Source of the DNA: a virus
Lineage: Duplodnaviria; Caudoviricetes
DNA length: 36,381 nucleotides
Strand: one strand, 5' to 3'
IMG/VR virus record: IMGVR_UViG_3300030332_001196
Location: 1-36,381 of that record
Of the stretch, positions 16,583 through 26,347 are shown piece after piece (the first letter of the stretch is position 1; each line of letters opens with the position of its first letter). The notes under the pieces were generated by a model. The model saw nothing but the letters and a program-made list of their open reading frames with translations. It ran no database searches and was not told the origin of the DNA. Made by a program: the position numbers and the translations under genes.

Positions 16583-17398
16583 ATGAAAATCAAATTGATT
16601 AGAGACAACGTCATCAATAACTCACAATTTGGTAAATTGTATATAGATAATGTCTATCAATGCGAAACGCTTGAGAATGAGTCTACTTTGATACCCTGCG
16701 ACAAATTTAGATTGGCACTTAGAAAATCCGGCGGATGGTACAACAAAGAAAAAGAAAAACTAGGTTATAAAGACCATTTTCAGGGGATGATTGAAATACA
16801 GGTTGAGGGGCGAGAATATATCTTGTTACATCCAGCCAATAGCCCCGATGAACTTAAAGGGTGTATAGCCCCTGCAAAAACGAGAAACGAGGAAAAGGGG
16901 TGCTTAGGTGTGTCACGGCCAACATACTATAAATTGTATAATATGTTGGTTGAGGTTTTTAAGCACAATGAGCCGCTTACAATACAAGTATCAAAAAAAG
17001 GAGAAGAAAAAATGCTATCAAAAATTTTAGGTTCAGGCGCAAGTGATCTGGTTAAAAGTGTAGGCGGGGTGCTAGATTCCTTAACTACGACATCCGAAGA
17101 AAAGTTAGAGGCGGAGCGAAAAATTAAAGAGTTGATTTTAGATCATGATGCAAAAACGCAAAAAAATGTAACTGATAGATGGCAGTCGGACATGAAGTCG
17201 GATTCCTGGCTTTCAAAAAACATCCGGCCAATGGTTGTAATATTTATATATGTAGCAACTGTTTTACTGATTTTCATTGATTCAGGTTCAATTAAATTTA
17301 ACGTTAAACCTGCATGGGTTGATATGTTACAGTTAGTTTTAACTGTTGTCACAGGTGCTTATTTTGGTGGCCGTAGCGTTGAAAAAATTAAAAGATAA
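16583..17398 (+). CDS. DUF5675-like putative endolysin fused in frame to a 3TM-holin-family domain
   Basis: N-terminal CETLE...REYILLHPAN...LKGCI; C-terminal RWQSDMKSDSWLSKNIRP...GAYFGGRSVEK. Confidence 0.78.
   Translation: MKIKLIRDNVINNSQFGKLYIDNVYQCETLENESTLIPCDKFRLALRKSGGWYNKEKEKLGYKDHFQGMIEIQVEGREYILLHPANSPDELKGCIAPAKTRNEEKGCLGVSRPTYYKLYNMLVEVFKHNEPLTIQVSKKGEEKMLSKILGSGASDLVKSVGGVLDSLTTTSEEKLEAERKIKELILDHDAKTQKNVTDRWQSDMKSDSWLSKNIRPMVVIFIYVATVLLIFIDSGSIKFNVKPAWVDMLQLVLTVVTGAYFGGRSVEKIKR
17012..17398 (+). CDS. Holin expressed from an internal in-frame start
   Basis: AAGGAG at 16998-17003, 8 nt before in-frame ATG 17012 (Met144). Confidence 0.65.
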   Translation: MLSKILGSGASDLVKSVGGVLDSLTTTSEEKLEAERKIKELILDHDAKTQKNVTDRWQSDMKSDSWLSKNIRPMVVIFIYVATVLLIFIDSGSIKFNVKPAWVDMLQLVLTVVTGAYFGGRSVEKIKR

Positions 17399-17457
17399 AG
17401 GTTATAGATAGTGTTAAATCTTAAATGCAATGCCCGTATGGAAGTCAATAGCTACGC

Positions 17458-17958
17458 ATGAGCTTAAACGAAGAGAACGAAAATAAAAAAATTAAAGATC
17501 TAGCAAAAAAACTCAATGAAACGGAATACCGATTTTGTGAGGAGTATATAAAATGCATGTCTATACCATTAGCGATGGCGAAGGTTGATTTCGATGAGGT
17601 AAATCCAGGCCATAGAGGTAATTTGGTATACACTAAACCTTTAGTCCAAGAGTATTTAACATTAAGGAAAAGGCAACTACGTAAAGTATTTATCACGAGA
17701 GAGGACATATCATTGCGAGCGCTTAATCTACTTGATAAATGTATGGCACCTATGCCCGTATTGGATAAAAAAGGCCACCCCACAGGGGAATACACATTAG
17801 ATTCTAAGGGTGCCACTAAGGTACTCGAAATGCTTTTTAAACATAAAAATATGCTATCGGGGGATTCACCCCAAAACCATCATAGCCAGATACCAAGTAT
17901 CAATCTTGCCGAGGATGATCTACTAAAATTTGAAAAAATGTTTAACTCTGAATATTAA
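17458..17958 (+). CDS. terS: Terminase small subunit
   Basis: RFCEEY HTH-like N-terminus, DSKGATKVLEML, immediately upstream of TerL (TAATG overlap). Confidence 0.85.
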   Translation: MSLNEENENKKIKDLAKKLNETEYRFCEEYIKCMSIPLAMAKVDFDEVNPGHRGNLVYTKPLVQEYLTLRKRQLRKVFITREDISLRALNLLDKCMAPMPVLDKKGHPTGEYTLDSKGATKVLEMLFKHKNMLSGDSPQNHHSQIPSINLAEDDLLKFEKMFNSEY

Positions 17959-19424
17959 TGTTAATTGATTGCAATACAAATAAAAGCATATTAAAACAGT
18001 TGTGTATCGATAAACATATTGTCTTTACCCGATATTTTTTTAAACATCGAGAAAACGCAAAGTTCATAGTTAATCCACATCATCAAGTGATGGCGGATAC
18101 TATGGACCGTGTGTATAGGGGTGAGATCACAAGGTTAATAATTAATGTCCCACCTGGTTACACTAAGACAGAGATGGCTGTATTGTCTTTTATCGCTAGG
18201 GGTTTAGCGTACAATCCCGAAGCTAAGTTTATACACACGTCATATGCAGATAGTTTAGCATTGCAAAACTCGTTAACAATAAGGGATATTGTACTTAGTC
18301 AAGAGTATCAAGAACTTTGGCCTTTACAATTACGTAAGGACAATCAAGCTAAAAAAAGTTGGTATACAGAACAAGGTGGTGGGGTTTTGGCCGTTGCGTC
18401 GGGAGGTACTATCACAGGATTCAGGGCGGGTCGAATGGTAGACGGGTTCAGCGGAGCTATTGTTATTGACGATCCTCTAAAGCCGGATGATGCTTATAGC
18501 GATGCGAAAAGGAATAGAGTCAATAACCGTATCATGAACACGCTTAAGTCAAGGTTAGCGCATGAGTCAGTACCTATAATATTAATCATGCAACGATTGC
18601 ATGAGGAAGATTGCACAGGGTTTCTGGTCGAGGGTGGCACAGGTGAAAAATGGCATCATTTGATACTACCGGCTGAAATAGCGAAAGACTATACATACCC
18701 AAGCGCATATAAATACGGTATCCAAATTAAACACAATTTAACAGCGGGGGCGCTATGGCCGTATAAACACACCTTACCTATGCTGAATACAATGCGTAAA
18801 GCGGACCCATACACAACGTCAAGCCAATACGACCAAAGGCCGTCTCCATTGGGGGGAGGTATTTTTAAAGATGAGTGGTGGGCGTATTATAATACAGCAA
18901 CGATTCCCCAAGTTGAATATAGATTTATCGTGGGCGATACGGCACAGAAAAAAGCAGAACATAATGATAGATCCGCATTTGGGTGCTTTGGTGTATATCA
19001 AAATAATTTATATATATTGGATGTTATCAAGGGTAAATGGGAATCGCCAGAGCTTAAAAAGGTGCTGCTTGATTTCCATGGTAAACACAAACACCACACA
19101 GCACCTACGGGTAAATTAAGATGGGTACATATTGAGGATAAATCAAGCGGAACGGATTTAATACAGAATCTTAAAAAAGAAATACCCATAAAAGCAATAC
19201 AGCGTAATGTTGATAAGGTGACACGGGCTATGGATACAGTGCCTTATATGGCATCTGGCCGTGTTCACCTACCCAATAACGCCCCTTGGCTATCTGATTT
19301 TAAGGAAGAAATACGAAAGTTCACACCCATGGGCACACACAAATATGATGATCAGGTGGATATGTTCATGGATGGGGTCGAAATAGGGTTAATGACGAAA
19401 GGGGTCCGGGTAGGTACATTTTGA
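17958..19424 (+). CDS. terL: Terminase large subunit
   Basis: Walker A NVPPGYTKT, Walker B IVIDDP, IMQRLH, nuclease GDTA...IEDKSSG...YDDQVD. Confidence 0.95.
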   Translation: MLIDCNTNKSILKQLCIDKHIVFTRYFFKHRENAKFIVNPHHQVMADTMDRVYRGEITRLIINVPPGYTKTEMAVLSFIARGLAYNPEAKFIHTSYADSLALQNSLTIRDIVLSQEYQELWPLQLRKDNQAKKSWYTEQGGGVLAVASGGTITGFRAGRMVDGFSGAIVIDDPLKPDDAYSDAKRNRVNNRIMNTLKSRLAHESVPIILIMQRLHEEDCTGFLVEGGTGEKWHHLILPAEIAKDYTYPSAYKYGIQIKHNLTAGALWPYKHTLPMLNTMRKADPYTTSSQYDQRPSPLGGGIFKDEWWAYYNTATIPQVEYRFIVGDTAQKKAEHNDRSAFGCFGVYQNNLYILDVIKGKWESPELKKVLLDFHGKHKHHTAPTGKLRWVHIEDKSSGTDLIQNLKKEIPIKAIQRNVDKVTRAMDTVPYMASGRVHLPNNAPWLSDFKEEIRKFTPMGTHKYDDQVDMFMDGVEIGLMTKGVRVGTF

Positions 19425-19483
19425 GATAGTAAATATAAAAAGTAGGTGGTATAGTGTTATGTATACCATATTGTGAGGCATAA

Positions 19484-20920
19484 ATGAACAGTAAGGACTA
19501 CAGGCGAAAAAGTGAATTAAATCTACTTAAAAGCCAGAAAAAATTAAATGGTGATATGGCGAAAAGACAAAAAACAACGGGGGTCAGTGTGAATATGGCG
19601 ATAACATCACGCAGAGCGCTAGCCGGACGTGTACAATCTACACACAACGGCAAACGTAATCTGTATGATGTTTTTGGGTATAGTGGTAATGTCACACAGG
19701 AAGAGTATAGACAGCGTTTTTACCGTCAGGATATCGCTAAACGGATAGTATCAGCTTACCCGGATGCGTGTTGGAGTACCGAGCCAATTATTACAGATAA
19801 TGATAACATGCAAGCGGATACGAGATTTGATAAAGCATTGAAAGAGATTATAGAACATCCCAACTTAAAAATATATCACTACATCCGCAGATTAGACAAA
19901 GTTATGTCATTAGGTTGTTTTGGAGTGCTATTTATTGGCGTTAGAGACGGTAAAAAAGCACTACTACCGTTAGACACTAAAATCAACATAGAAGATATCT
20001 TATTTTTTGCGCCTTATGCCGAAAGTGATATAACGATATCTAAGTATGATGAGGATCACCAAAGTCGAAGGTACGGGCTACCCGTCACGTATAAATTAGG
20101 TACTAATGGATATGCTAAAAATGAAACGGGGACGGGTTTAAAACGTGCGCCGCTAGAGGTACATTATACTCGTATTATACACGTTGCGGAAGGGGTGTTA
20201 GATAATGATATTGTGGGGACACCAAGACTTGAACCGGTTATTAACAGGTTAATTGATCTTGAAAAAATTGTAGGGGGAAGTGCCGAAACATTTTACTTAA
20301 ATGCAAGAGGGGGTATGCATTTTTCTATGCCCGGAGATAGTATCTTGCAAGACGATGACAAGAAAGCCTTAGAAGATAATATGCAAGATTTTAGTCATAA
20401 TTTAACTCGATATTTAAAAACAGCGGGTGTGGACGTGAATGTACTTAATTTTAATATCGCTGATCCTAAAAATCATTTTGATGTGATTATCTCTTTAATA
20501 GCCGCGTCCACAGGGATACCCAAGAGGATATTGACAGGATCTGAGCAAGGTCAATTAGCATCAAGCCAAGACGAGAACAACTGGTTAGCTAGAGTAAGCG
20601 AACGCCAAAAAGATTGTTGCGAACTTCAAATATTACGCCCCTTGATAGATTGGTTTATATTAAATGGGGTTTTAATTGCACCTGAAAATGATCGGTATAA
20701 AATTACATGGCCTGACCTTAAAAGTGTATCCGATATGGATAAGGCCGATGTTGCTGTCAAGAGAACGCAGGCACTTAATAACTATCTTAATGCTAACGGG
20801 GCGGATATGGTCATGCCACCGAAACAGCTTTTTGAAGATGTGTTAGGTTTAGAATATAGACCCGATGACTTACCTAATAATGACGACAGTGACGACTTAG
20901 AAGATGACGAAGAAGAGTAA
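19484..20920 (+). CDS. Portal protein (DUF1073-like)
   Basis: Follows TerL; VHYTRIIH, GIPKRILTGSEQGQLAS, acidic tail. Confidence 0.88.
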   Translation: MNSKDYRRKSELNLLKSQKKLNGDMAKRQKTTGVSVNMAITSRRALAGRVQSTHNGKRNLYDVFGYSGNVTQEEYRQRFYRQDIAKRIVSAYPDACWSTEPIITDNDNMQADTRFDKALKEIIEHPNLKIYHYIRRLDKVMSLGCFGVLFIGVRDGKKALLPLDTKINIEDILFFAPYAESDITISKYDEDHQSRRYGLPVTYKLGTNGYAKNETGTGLKRAPLEVHYTRIIHVAEGVLDNDIVGTPRLEPVINRLIDLEKIVGGSAETFYLNARGGMHFSMPGDSILQDDDKKALEDNMQDFSHNLTRYLKTAGVDVNVLNFNIADPKNHFDVIISLIAASTGIPKRILTGSEQGQLASSQDENNWLARVSERQKDCCELQILRPLIDWFILNGVLIAPENDRYKITWPDLKSVSDMDKADVAVKRTQALNNYLNANGADMVMPPKQLFEDVLGLEYRPDDLPNNDDSDDLEDDEEE

Positions 20921-21767
20921 AAATCTACTCAAAACAGACCCGACTAGAACAATAACATTACGAAACCGGGCAGTAGGTGATATCAACAGACGCTACACTA
21001 AAGTTCAAAGGTTAGTCACTGAAAGTATAGTAACAAACAAGATTTTCAGTAATGCACGAGCATTAGACCAAGCTGATTTTGTTTTTTTAAGATCGCCGGA
21101 TAAATTAGAAGCATTCAACGTCTGGTTAACGTCTGTTATGCATGAAATTATTGTGGGGGGTACAGCAACGCCGAACAGCGCCCAATTAAATTGGATGTTA
21201 CATTATTATAAGGAATCCTATGTGAGAGGGGTTAAAAAAACAAATAACAACTTTGCGGGAATATATGGCCGTAATCAGATACCTAACAGGGTAGACGTTT
21301 TAAGTGTACCTTACCATATAGCTAAAACGTCACTATTATTCACACGAGATTTTGCACAATTGAAAGGCATCACGGATGTTGTCAGTCAGCAGTTATCTTT
21401 TTATTTATCCGAAGGGTTACTTAAAGGTCAGAATCCCAATAAAATAGCGAAGACGTTAAAAGAAAGAATAGATGTGCTAGGTAAGACACGATCAAGATTA
21501 CTTGCGAGGACTGAAATAATAAACACACACAATTTAGGTATGATTAACGAAGGTCAAGCACTAGGTGAATTACTAGGTGAAAACGTATACTATGAGTGGA
21601 TCACAGCCGAAGATATTAAAGTGAGGGATTCACATATAAGCCGAAACAATAAATTTTATACTTATGAAAAAGTATCACAACTTATAGGTGAGCCAAACTG
21701 TAGATGCGCTACCCCCGCTATACCTGAAAGCCAATTGCCAGAAGGGACTAAAGTTATTGGAAAGTAA
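20904..21767 (+). CDS. Head morphogenesis protein (SPP1 gp7 / Mu F-like)
   Basis: DPTRT, LLARTE, W.TA.D..VR.SH, PNCRC. Confidence 0.9.
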   Translation: MTKKSKNLLKTDPTRTITLRNRAVGDINRRYTKVQRLVTESIVTNKIFSNARALDQADFVFLRSPDKLEAFNVWLTSVMHEIIVGGTATPNSAQLNWMLHYYKESYVRGVKKTNNNFAGIYGRNQIPNRVDVLSVPYHIAKTSLLFTRDFAQLKGITDVVSQQLSFYLSEGLLKGQNPNKIAKTLKERIDVLGKTRSRLLARTEIINTHNLGMINEGQALGELLGENVYYEWITAEDIKVRDSHISRNNKFYTYEKVSQLIGEPNCRCATPAIPESQLPEGTKVIGK

Positions 21768-21791
21768 TATCAAGTGTGTTAAGATACAAAT

Positions 21792-23198
21792 ATGAGTAAT
21801 ATATTATCACAATCTTTTATAGTATCTAATGTTGACACAGAGACTAAAATTAAACGTGAGACATTTGACGATGTTGAACACCTTGTAGTACCGGTTATTG
21901 CAGCGAAAGAAATGGTCATGAATGGCCTTTTATATCCGGCCGAAGAATTTAAGGATTGGGTAAGTACTTGGAATGGGGTACCGGTTCCCGTAAGACATCC
22001 CCAAGTTAATGGGTTGCACGTCTCGGCTAAAAGCCCACGTATACACGAGCAGAATAATATAGGCTGGTTTTACAATGTTGATTTTACCAAAGACAATAAA
22101 TTAAAAGGTGAAATCTGGCTAAATTTAGATAAAGTTGAAAAGTTAAAACATATGGATATTGTAGAGAAGTTGGAAAAAGGCGAAATCGTGGAAGTATCAA
22201 CGGGACTTTTTTCAAATATTGAAGATAAAAAAGGCACTTTTAATGGTGTACCTTATGATGGTATAGTTAGACATATACGCCCTGATCATTTGGCTTTGTT
22301 ACCGGATGATATAGGAGCCTGTAGTATTAAGGATGGGTGCGGAGCATTGAAAAATAATTGTGAATGTGAAGAGCCGAAAACAATAATAGATAAATTTAAT
22401 AAGGCATTACGTTTGGTGGGCGATAAATTAGGTTTAAGTATTAATAAAGATTCATTTGACGAGATCCACAGCAAATTAATGAAGGCATTGCAAATTGATC
22501 GTATCGATGCTGACAAAATGGAGTACGTATACATAGTTGATATTTTCGTGAACGAATATATATATAGTACAGAAAAAAAAGGGGTAACTACCCTATATAA
22601 ACGCAGCTATATTATTCAAGATGATAAGGCAGTATTGGGAGATGACCCCCAAGAGGTAGTCCGAAAAACCACATACACACCTATCATTAAGAGTAATGAA
22701 GCTAAAATAAAAGGAGATGACAGTATGGATAAGTCCGAATTGGTACAGAGTATTATCGATAATGAGAGTACATCTTTTACGATTGAAGACAAAGAAAGTC
22801 TAGAAGCGTTAGAAGTAAACGTACTCGCTAAAATACAGCCTATAGTTAATGAGACTGTAACAATTGAACAGGAGCCAGAGCAGGCCCCAGAAGAGGAAAA
22901 AACTACCTCACAAAAGGTAAACAGTTTACTTGAAGGTGTTGAGGATTCCGAAGTTAAGGAGTTTTTAGGTAATGCAGTTAGTAAGCACAATACCGAAAAA
23001 ACAAACCTTATTTCAGATATTGTCAAGAACAGTGAATTTACCACAGAAGAACTTGAAGCTATGCATTTTAATCAAATTGAAAAATTAGCGAAGAGTTTGA
23101 AAAAACCTGATTATAGCGGAAGAAGCGGAAGAAGTGTTAGTACTGTCAACAGTCAAGAAACATACCAAGCACCTTCTATTTTCAAGAAAGGAGAATAA
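21792..23198 (+). CDS. Prohead protease plus scaffold (DUF2213-like)
   Basis: PVPVRHP, EVSTG, RPDHLALL...GACS...GCG; helical acidic C-terminal half. Confidence 0.85.
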   Translation: MSNILSQSFIVSNVDTETKIKRETFDDVEHLVVPVIAAKEMVMNGLLYPAEEFKDWVSTWNGVPVPVRHPQVNGLHVSAKSPRIHEQNNIGWFYNVDFTKDNKLKGEIWLNLDKVEKLKHMDIVEKLEKGEIVEVSTGLFSNIEDKKGTFNGVPYDGIVRHIRPDHLALLPDDIGACSIKDGCGALKNNCECEEPKTIIDKFNKALRLVGDKLGLSINKDSFDEIHSKLMKALQIDRIDADKMEYVYIVDIFVNEYIYSTEKKGVTTLYKRSYIIQDDKAVLGDDPQEVVRKTTYTPIIKSNEAKIKGDDSMDKSELVQSIIDNESTSFTIEDKESLEALEVNVLAKIQPIVNETVTIEQEPEQAPEEEKTTSQKVNSLLEGVEDSEVKEFLGNAVSKHNTEKTNLISDIVKNSEFTTEELEAMHFNQIEKLAKSLKKPDYSGRSGRSVSTVNSQETYQAPSIFKKGE

Positions 23199-23201
23199 AT
23201 T

Positions 23202-23627
23202 ATGTCAAACACAATAGTATTAAACAGTGTAGGAACACTACACCTAAAAGAAGCCCCCGCAAATGGAGCTATCTCACCGGGTGATTTTCTATCGCGTGCT
23301 ACTGATGGGGATTTTCAGCGACAAGCTACAGCGTCTATCAATGGTCCCAAGTTAATTGCAGTTGAAAATGACTTGGTTGCAGGCACTATTACTGATGATT
23401 ATGCGACAGGTGATAATGTGAGAGCAACATACCTTAAATCCGGGGATGAGGTATACGCATTTGTAGCGGCAAGCGCCGCAGCTATTGTTATCGGGGATGT
23501 ACTTGAATTTGACGGCGTAGGCGGCGTCAAAAAAGGGGCATCGGGTGTTACAGTAGCTACAGCATTAGAAGCGGTAGATAATAGTGGCGGTGGAGCTAAA
23601 GCTAGAATCCGAATAGAATTAATATAA
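23202..23627 (+). CDS. Head decoration / cement protein
   Basis: Gly/Ala-rich beta protein between protease and MCP. Confidence 0.7.
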   Translation: MSNTIVLNSVGTLHLKEAPANGAISPGDFLSRATDGDFQRQATASINGPKLIAVENDLVAGTITDDYATGDNVRATYLKSGDEVYAFVAASAAAIVIGDVLEFDGVGGVKKGASGVTVATALEAVDNSGGGAKARIRIELI

Positions 23628-23639
23628 GGAGAGTAAAAA

Positions 23640-24596
23640 ATGAATATACCTAAAATACCGGAAGGTTTAATATACAACGCCGAAGGGCGATTAGACGTTA
23701 ACGCAATGCGGACTAACGGTACTCTGTCTCATGAAGATTACGTTAAATGGGACACAAAAATGGTTGATGTTGCTAGAACACGTTTAACGTTTGTACAAGA
23801 TTTGATTGATAATGGGTTAGCGAATTTTGATTTTGATATGGGTGATATCGTATCTAAGTATGAAAAACTAAGCGACATGGAAGAGGCAAACGTTGACATG
23901 GATGCGGCTACAGGAGCGCAAAAAGACAGGTTAGTATTCACTGAATCGGGTGTACCTATCCCGATTTTCCATAAAGGGTTTACACTGAACGAGCGTCAGA
24001 TTATCGCTTCAAGACGTAAGCCCGGCGGTAATTTACCCTCAACCCAAATTGTTACAGCAACTAGACTTGTTGCGGATAAATTAGAAAACATGGTGCCTAA
24101 TGGTGTGACTGGGTTAGTGTTAGACAATTCACAAGTATACGGATATACAACACATCCTAACCGTAATACACATTCAATTTCGCACGCTTGGGGGACTGGG
24201 AGTGATGATCCTGAGCAGGATGTTCTTGATATGTTAGCAAAAGCATACACCGATAATTTTTTTGGACCGTTCACTTTGTATGTATCGAAGGACAACTGGG
24301 GATTCATTCAAAAAACACGCTCTGCAACTTCGGATACAACTTTTAAAAAGATTTTCGAGAATATGTCGGACATTACAGCGGTACGCCCTGGTGATAGGTT
24401 AGCAGAAGGCGAACTTGTATTAGTACAGATGTCCGAGGATGTTGTTGATCTAGCGGTAGCGCAAGATATCGTGAATTTTGAAGAGCCGAAAGTGTCCGCA
24501 ATGCAGCATAGCTTCACAGTTATGGCAGCTATGGCAGTGCGCGTTAAATCTGATAGTGCGGGTAAATGTGGTGTTGTCCACGCAACAGGAGCGTAA
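23640..24596 (+). CDS. Major capsid protein (HK97 fold, encapsulin/Linocin-M18-like)
   Basis: MRTNGTLSHEDYVKWD...VARTRL, GVPIPIFHK, YGYTTHPNR, GPFTLY; strong AAGGAG SD. Confidence 0.88.
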   Translation: MNIPKIPEGLIYNAEGRLDVNAMRTNGTLSHEDYVKWDTKMVDVARTRLTFVQDLIDNGLANFDFDMGDIVSKYEKLSDMEEANVDMDAATGAQKDRLVFTESGVPIPIFHKGFTLNERQIIASRRKPGGNLPSTQIVTATRLVADKLENMVPNGVTGLVLDNSQVYGYTTHPNRNTHSISHAWGTGSDDPEQDVLDMLAKAYTDNFFGPFTLYVSKDNWGFIQKTRSATSDTTFKKIFENMSDITAVRPGDRLAEGELVLVQMSEDVVDLAVAQDIVNFEEPKVSAMQHSFTVMAAMAVRVKSDSAGKCGVVHATGA

Positions 24597-24599
24597 TTG

Positions 24600-24893
24600 A
24601 TGAGTAAAAAAACAAGAAAGTACAAGCTATTAGGTGCGCACACTACTCTTATCAATACAAAACAGGTCACACTTGTTAGAGGTGCTATTATTGAGTTAAC
24701 AGAAAAAGAAGCAGAAGCTAAAATCTATGTTAACAAACTTGAAAGGGTAGATTACACTGCAAGTACTGCTAAAAACTCTGATTTAATCAATACGCTTAAA
24801 GCTGAATTAGAAGAAACTAAAGCCGAGAATGAAGGTCTTAAAGCTGAATTAGAAAAAGCTAAAGCCGAGGTTAAAGCAAAAGCTAAAGGTTAG
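24600..24893 (+). CDS. Head-associated hypothetical protein with C-terminal coiled coil
   Basis: Follows MCP; duplicated LKAELE..KAE unit with a 42-nt period. Confidence 0.7.
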   Translation: MSKKTRKYKLLGAHTTLINTKQVTLVRGAIIELTEKEAEAKIYVNKLERVDYTASTAKNSDLINTLKAELEETKAENEGLKAELEKAKAEVKAKAKG

Positions 24894-24898
24894 TATAT

Positions 24899-25273
24899 AT
24901 GGCAAACCGTACCGATGATACAGAGGTCCAAAAAATAATAGCACTTAATGTATTAACAGACACTACTAGTTTCATCGATACGGCTAACCTACTTGTTAAC
25001 GAGAACTTAGGGACATCCGGGCTATCAGATGCACGCTTGACTGAAATTGAAAAATACTTAGCTGCACATTTGGTAGCCCTACACCCGGATGAGAGACAAT
25101 TAACAGAGCAAAAAATAGGCGAAGCAACGGATAAATATACCGGCGCATTTGATAAACAGTTAGACGCTACTCAATACGGACAGATGGTCATGTTATTAGA
25201 CACAACGGGGACATTTAGCGGTTATAGCAATAAGATAACATCTATTCAGACAATAAACGTTGATAATGGCTAA
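24899..25273 (+). CDS. Head-tail adaptor
   Basis: YLAAHL...LDATQYGQ...LD motif and synteny. Confidence 0.78.
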   Translation: MANRTDDTEVQKIIALNVLTDTTSFIDTANLLVNENLGTSGLSDARLTEIEKYLAAHLVALHPDERQLTEQKIGEATDKYTGAFDKQLDATQYGQMVMLLDTTGTFSGYSNKITSIQTINVDNG

Positions 25274-25589
25274 ATATCATCAAACCTTAACGTATTGGGC
25301 ACCTTCCACACTTAATGAGTATGGAGAACAATCTTTTTTAGCCCCTGTAACAATCCCTGGACGTTTTGAGGAAAAAACAGAAATGTTTGTGGATAAATCT
25401 ACCGGAAAAGAACAGATGTCACGATCAGTTGCTTATATTAAACAGGATGTGGTAGAGAACGGCTTTTTGTTTTTGGGTACATCCTCACAAGTAAAACCTA
25501 AAAATGAAACTAAAACATTTCTAATTAGACGTTTTGATAAGATACCCAACGTGAAGTGTAATAGGTATATACGGAAGATATGGCAATAA
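25266..25589 (+). CDS. Head closure (stopper) protein
   Basis: QTLTYW...NEYG...F..P; synteny; ATG 25266. Confidence 0.7.
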   Translation: MAKYHQTLTYWAPSTLNEYGEQSFLAPVTIPGRFEEKTEMFVDKSTGKEQMSRSVAYIKQDVVENGFLFLGTSSQVKPKNETKTFLIRRFDKIPNVKCNRYIRKIWQ

Positions 25590-25936
25590 AACCGAAAGGC
25601 AACGATATAGTTTTAAAAAATTTAAACACTTGGATACGTAATCAAAGAGGGTTAACCGTGCAAGGGATTGCAGATGCTTTATCTTTAATACAACGTAAAG
25701 CGATACGAAAAACACCGGTTGCTACAGGTAATTTGAAAGGCAGTTTCTACATGGAAACGGGTAAAATAGGGACACGTCCAGTAGGTGTAATAGGTAATAA
25801 AGCGGAATACGCTATCTATGTACACGAAAACTTAGACAATCACCATCCTAAAGGGGAAGCGAAATTTTTAGTGAATGCAATTATTGAGAACATACCAGAT
25901 ATAACACGGATTATAACATCCAGGTTAAAGGTATAA
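25580..25936 (+). CDS. HK97 gp10-like neck / tail completion protein
   Basis: TPVATGNLKGS...YAIYVHE...AKFL. Confidence 0.85.
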   Translation: MAIKPKGNDIVLKNLNTWIRNQRGLTVQGIADALSLIQRKAIRKTPVATGNLKGSFYMETGKIGTRPVGVIGNKAEYAIYVHENLDNHHPKGEAKFLVNAIIENIPDITRIITSRLKV

Positions 25937-25937
25937 C

Positions 25938-26345
25938 ATGGGTCAAAATAACATAGGTAAGGATATTAGAGAGGTATTAGTTGCGGATGGGGTAACAACA
26001 CCTATTTATATTGCAAGTGAACCAAACACACCAGATGCGGTTATCACATTATATAATACAGGTGGTGAGGCACCTAACCCAAAATGGCTACTTGATTTTA
26101 CAGGGTTACAAGCGAGGTCACGAGCTAACGATTACGAGACAGCATATGACAATCTGCAAGAGGTTTATGACTTACTTCTAGGCCGTCCCGCTTTCTCACA
26201 AAATACAACACGTTATACCGGTATTTTAGCTTCATCGGGCATTATGGATATAGGGCGAGACGATAACGAAAGACGTATTTTAGTCTGTAATTTTAGATTA
26301 TTTGTAGAGCCAGCACTAAGTACACAACACCGAAAAAGTTTATAG
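25938..26345 (+). CDS. Tail terminator protein
   Basis: ITLYNTGG, GRDDNERR...NF; synteny. Confidence 0.78.
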   Translation: MGQNNIGKDIREVLVADGVTTPIYIASEPNTPDAVITLYNTGGEAPNPKWLLDFTGLQARSRANDYETAYDNLQEVYDLLLGRPAFSQNTTRYTGILASSGIMDIGRDDNERRILVCNFRLFVEPALSTQHRKSL

Positions 26346-26347
26346 TG

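Noticed and set aside
19484-20920. Anti-CBASS Acb1 label sometimes attached to DUF1073 proteins
   Set aside because: Size and position indicate a plain portal; no paired HxT/S phosphodiesterase domain is evident
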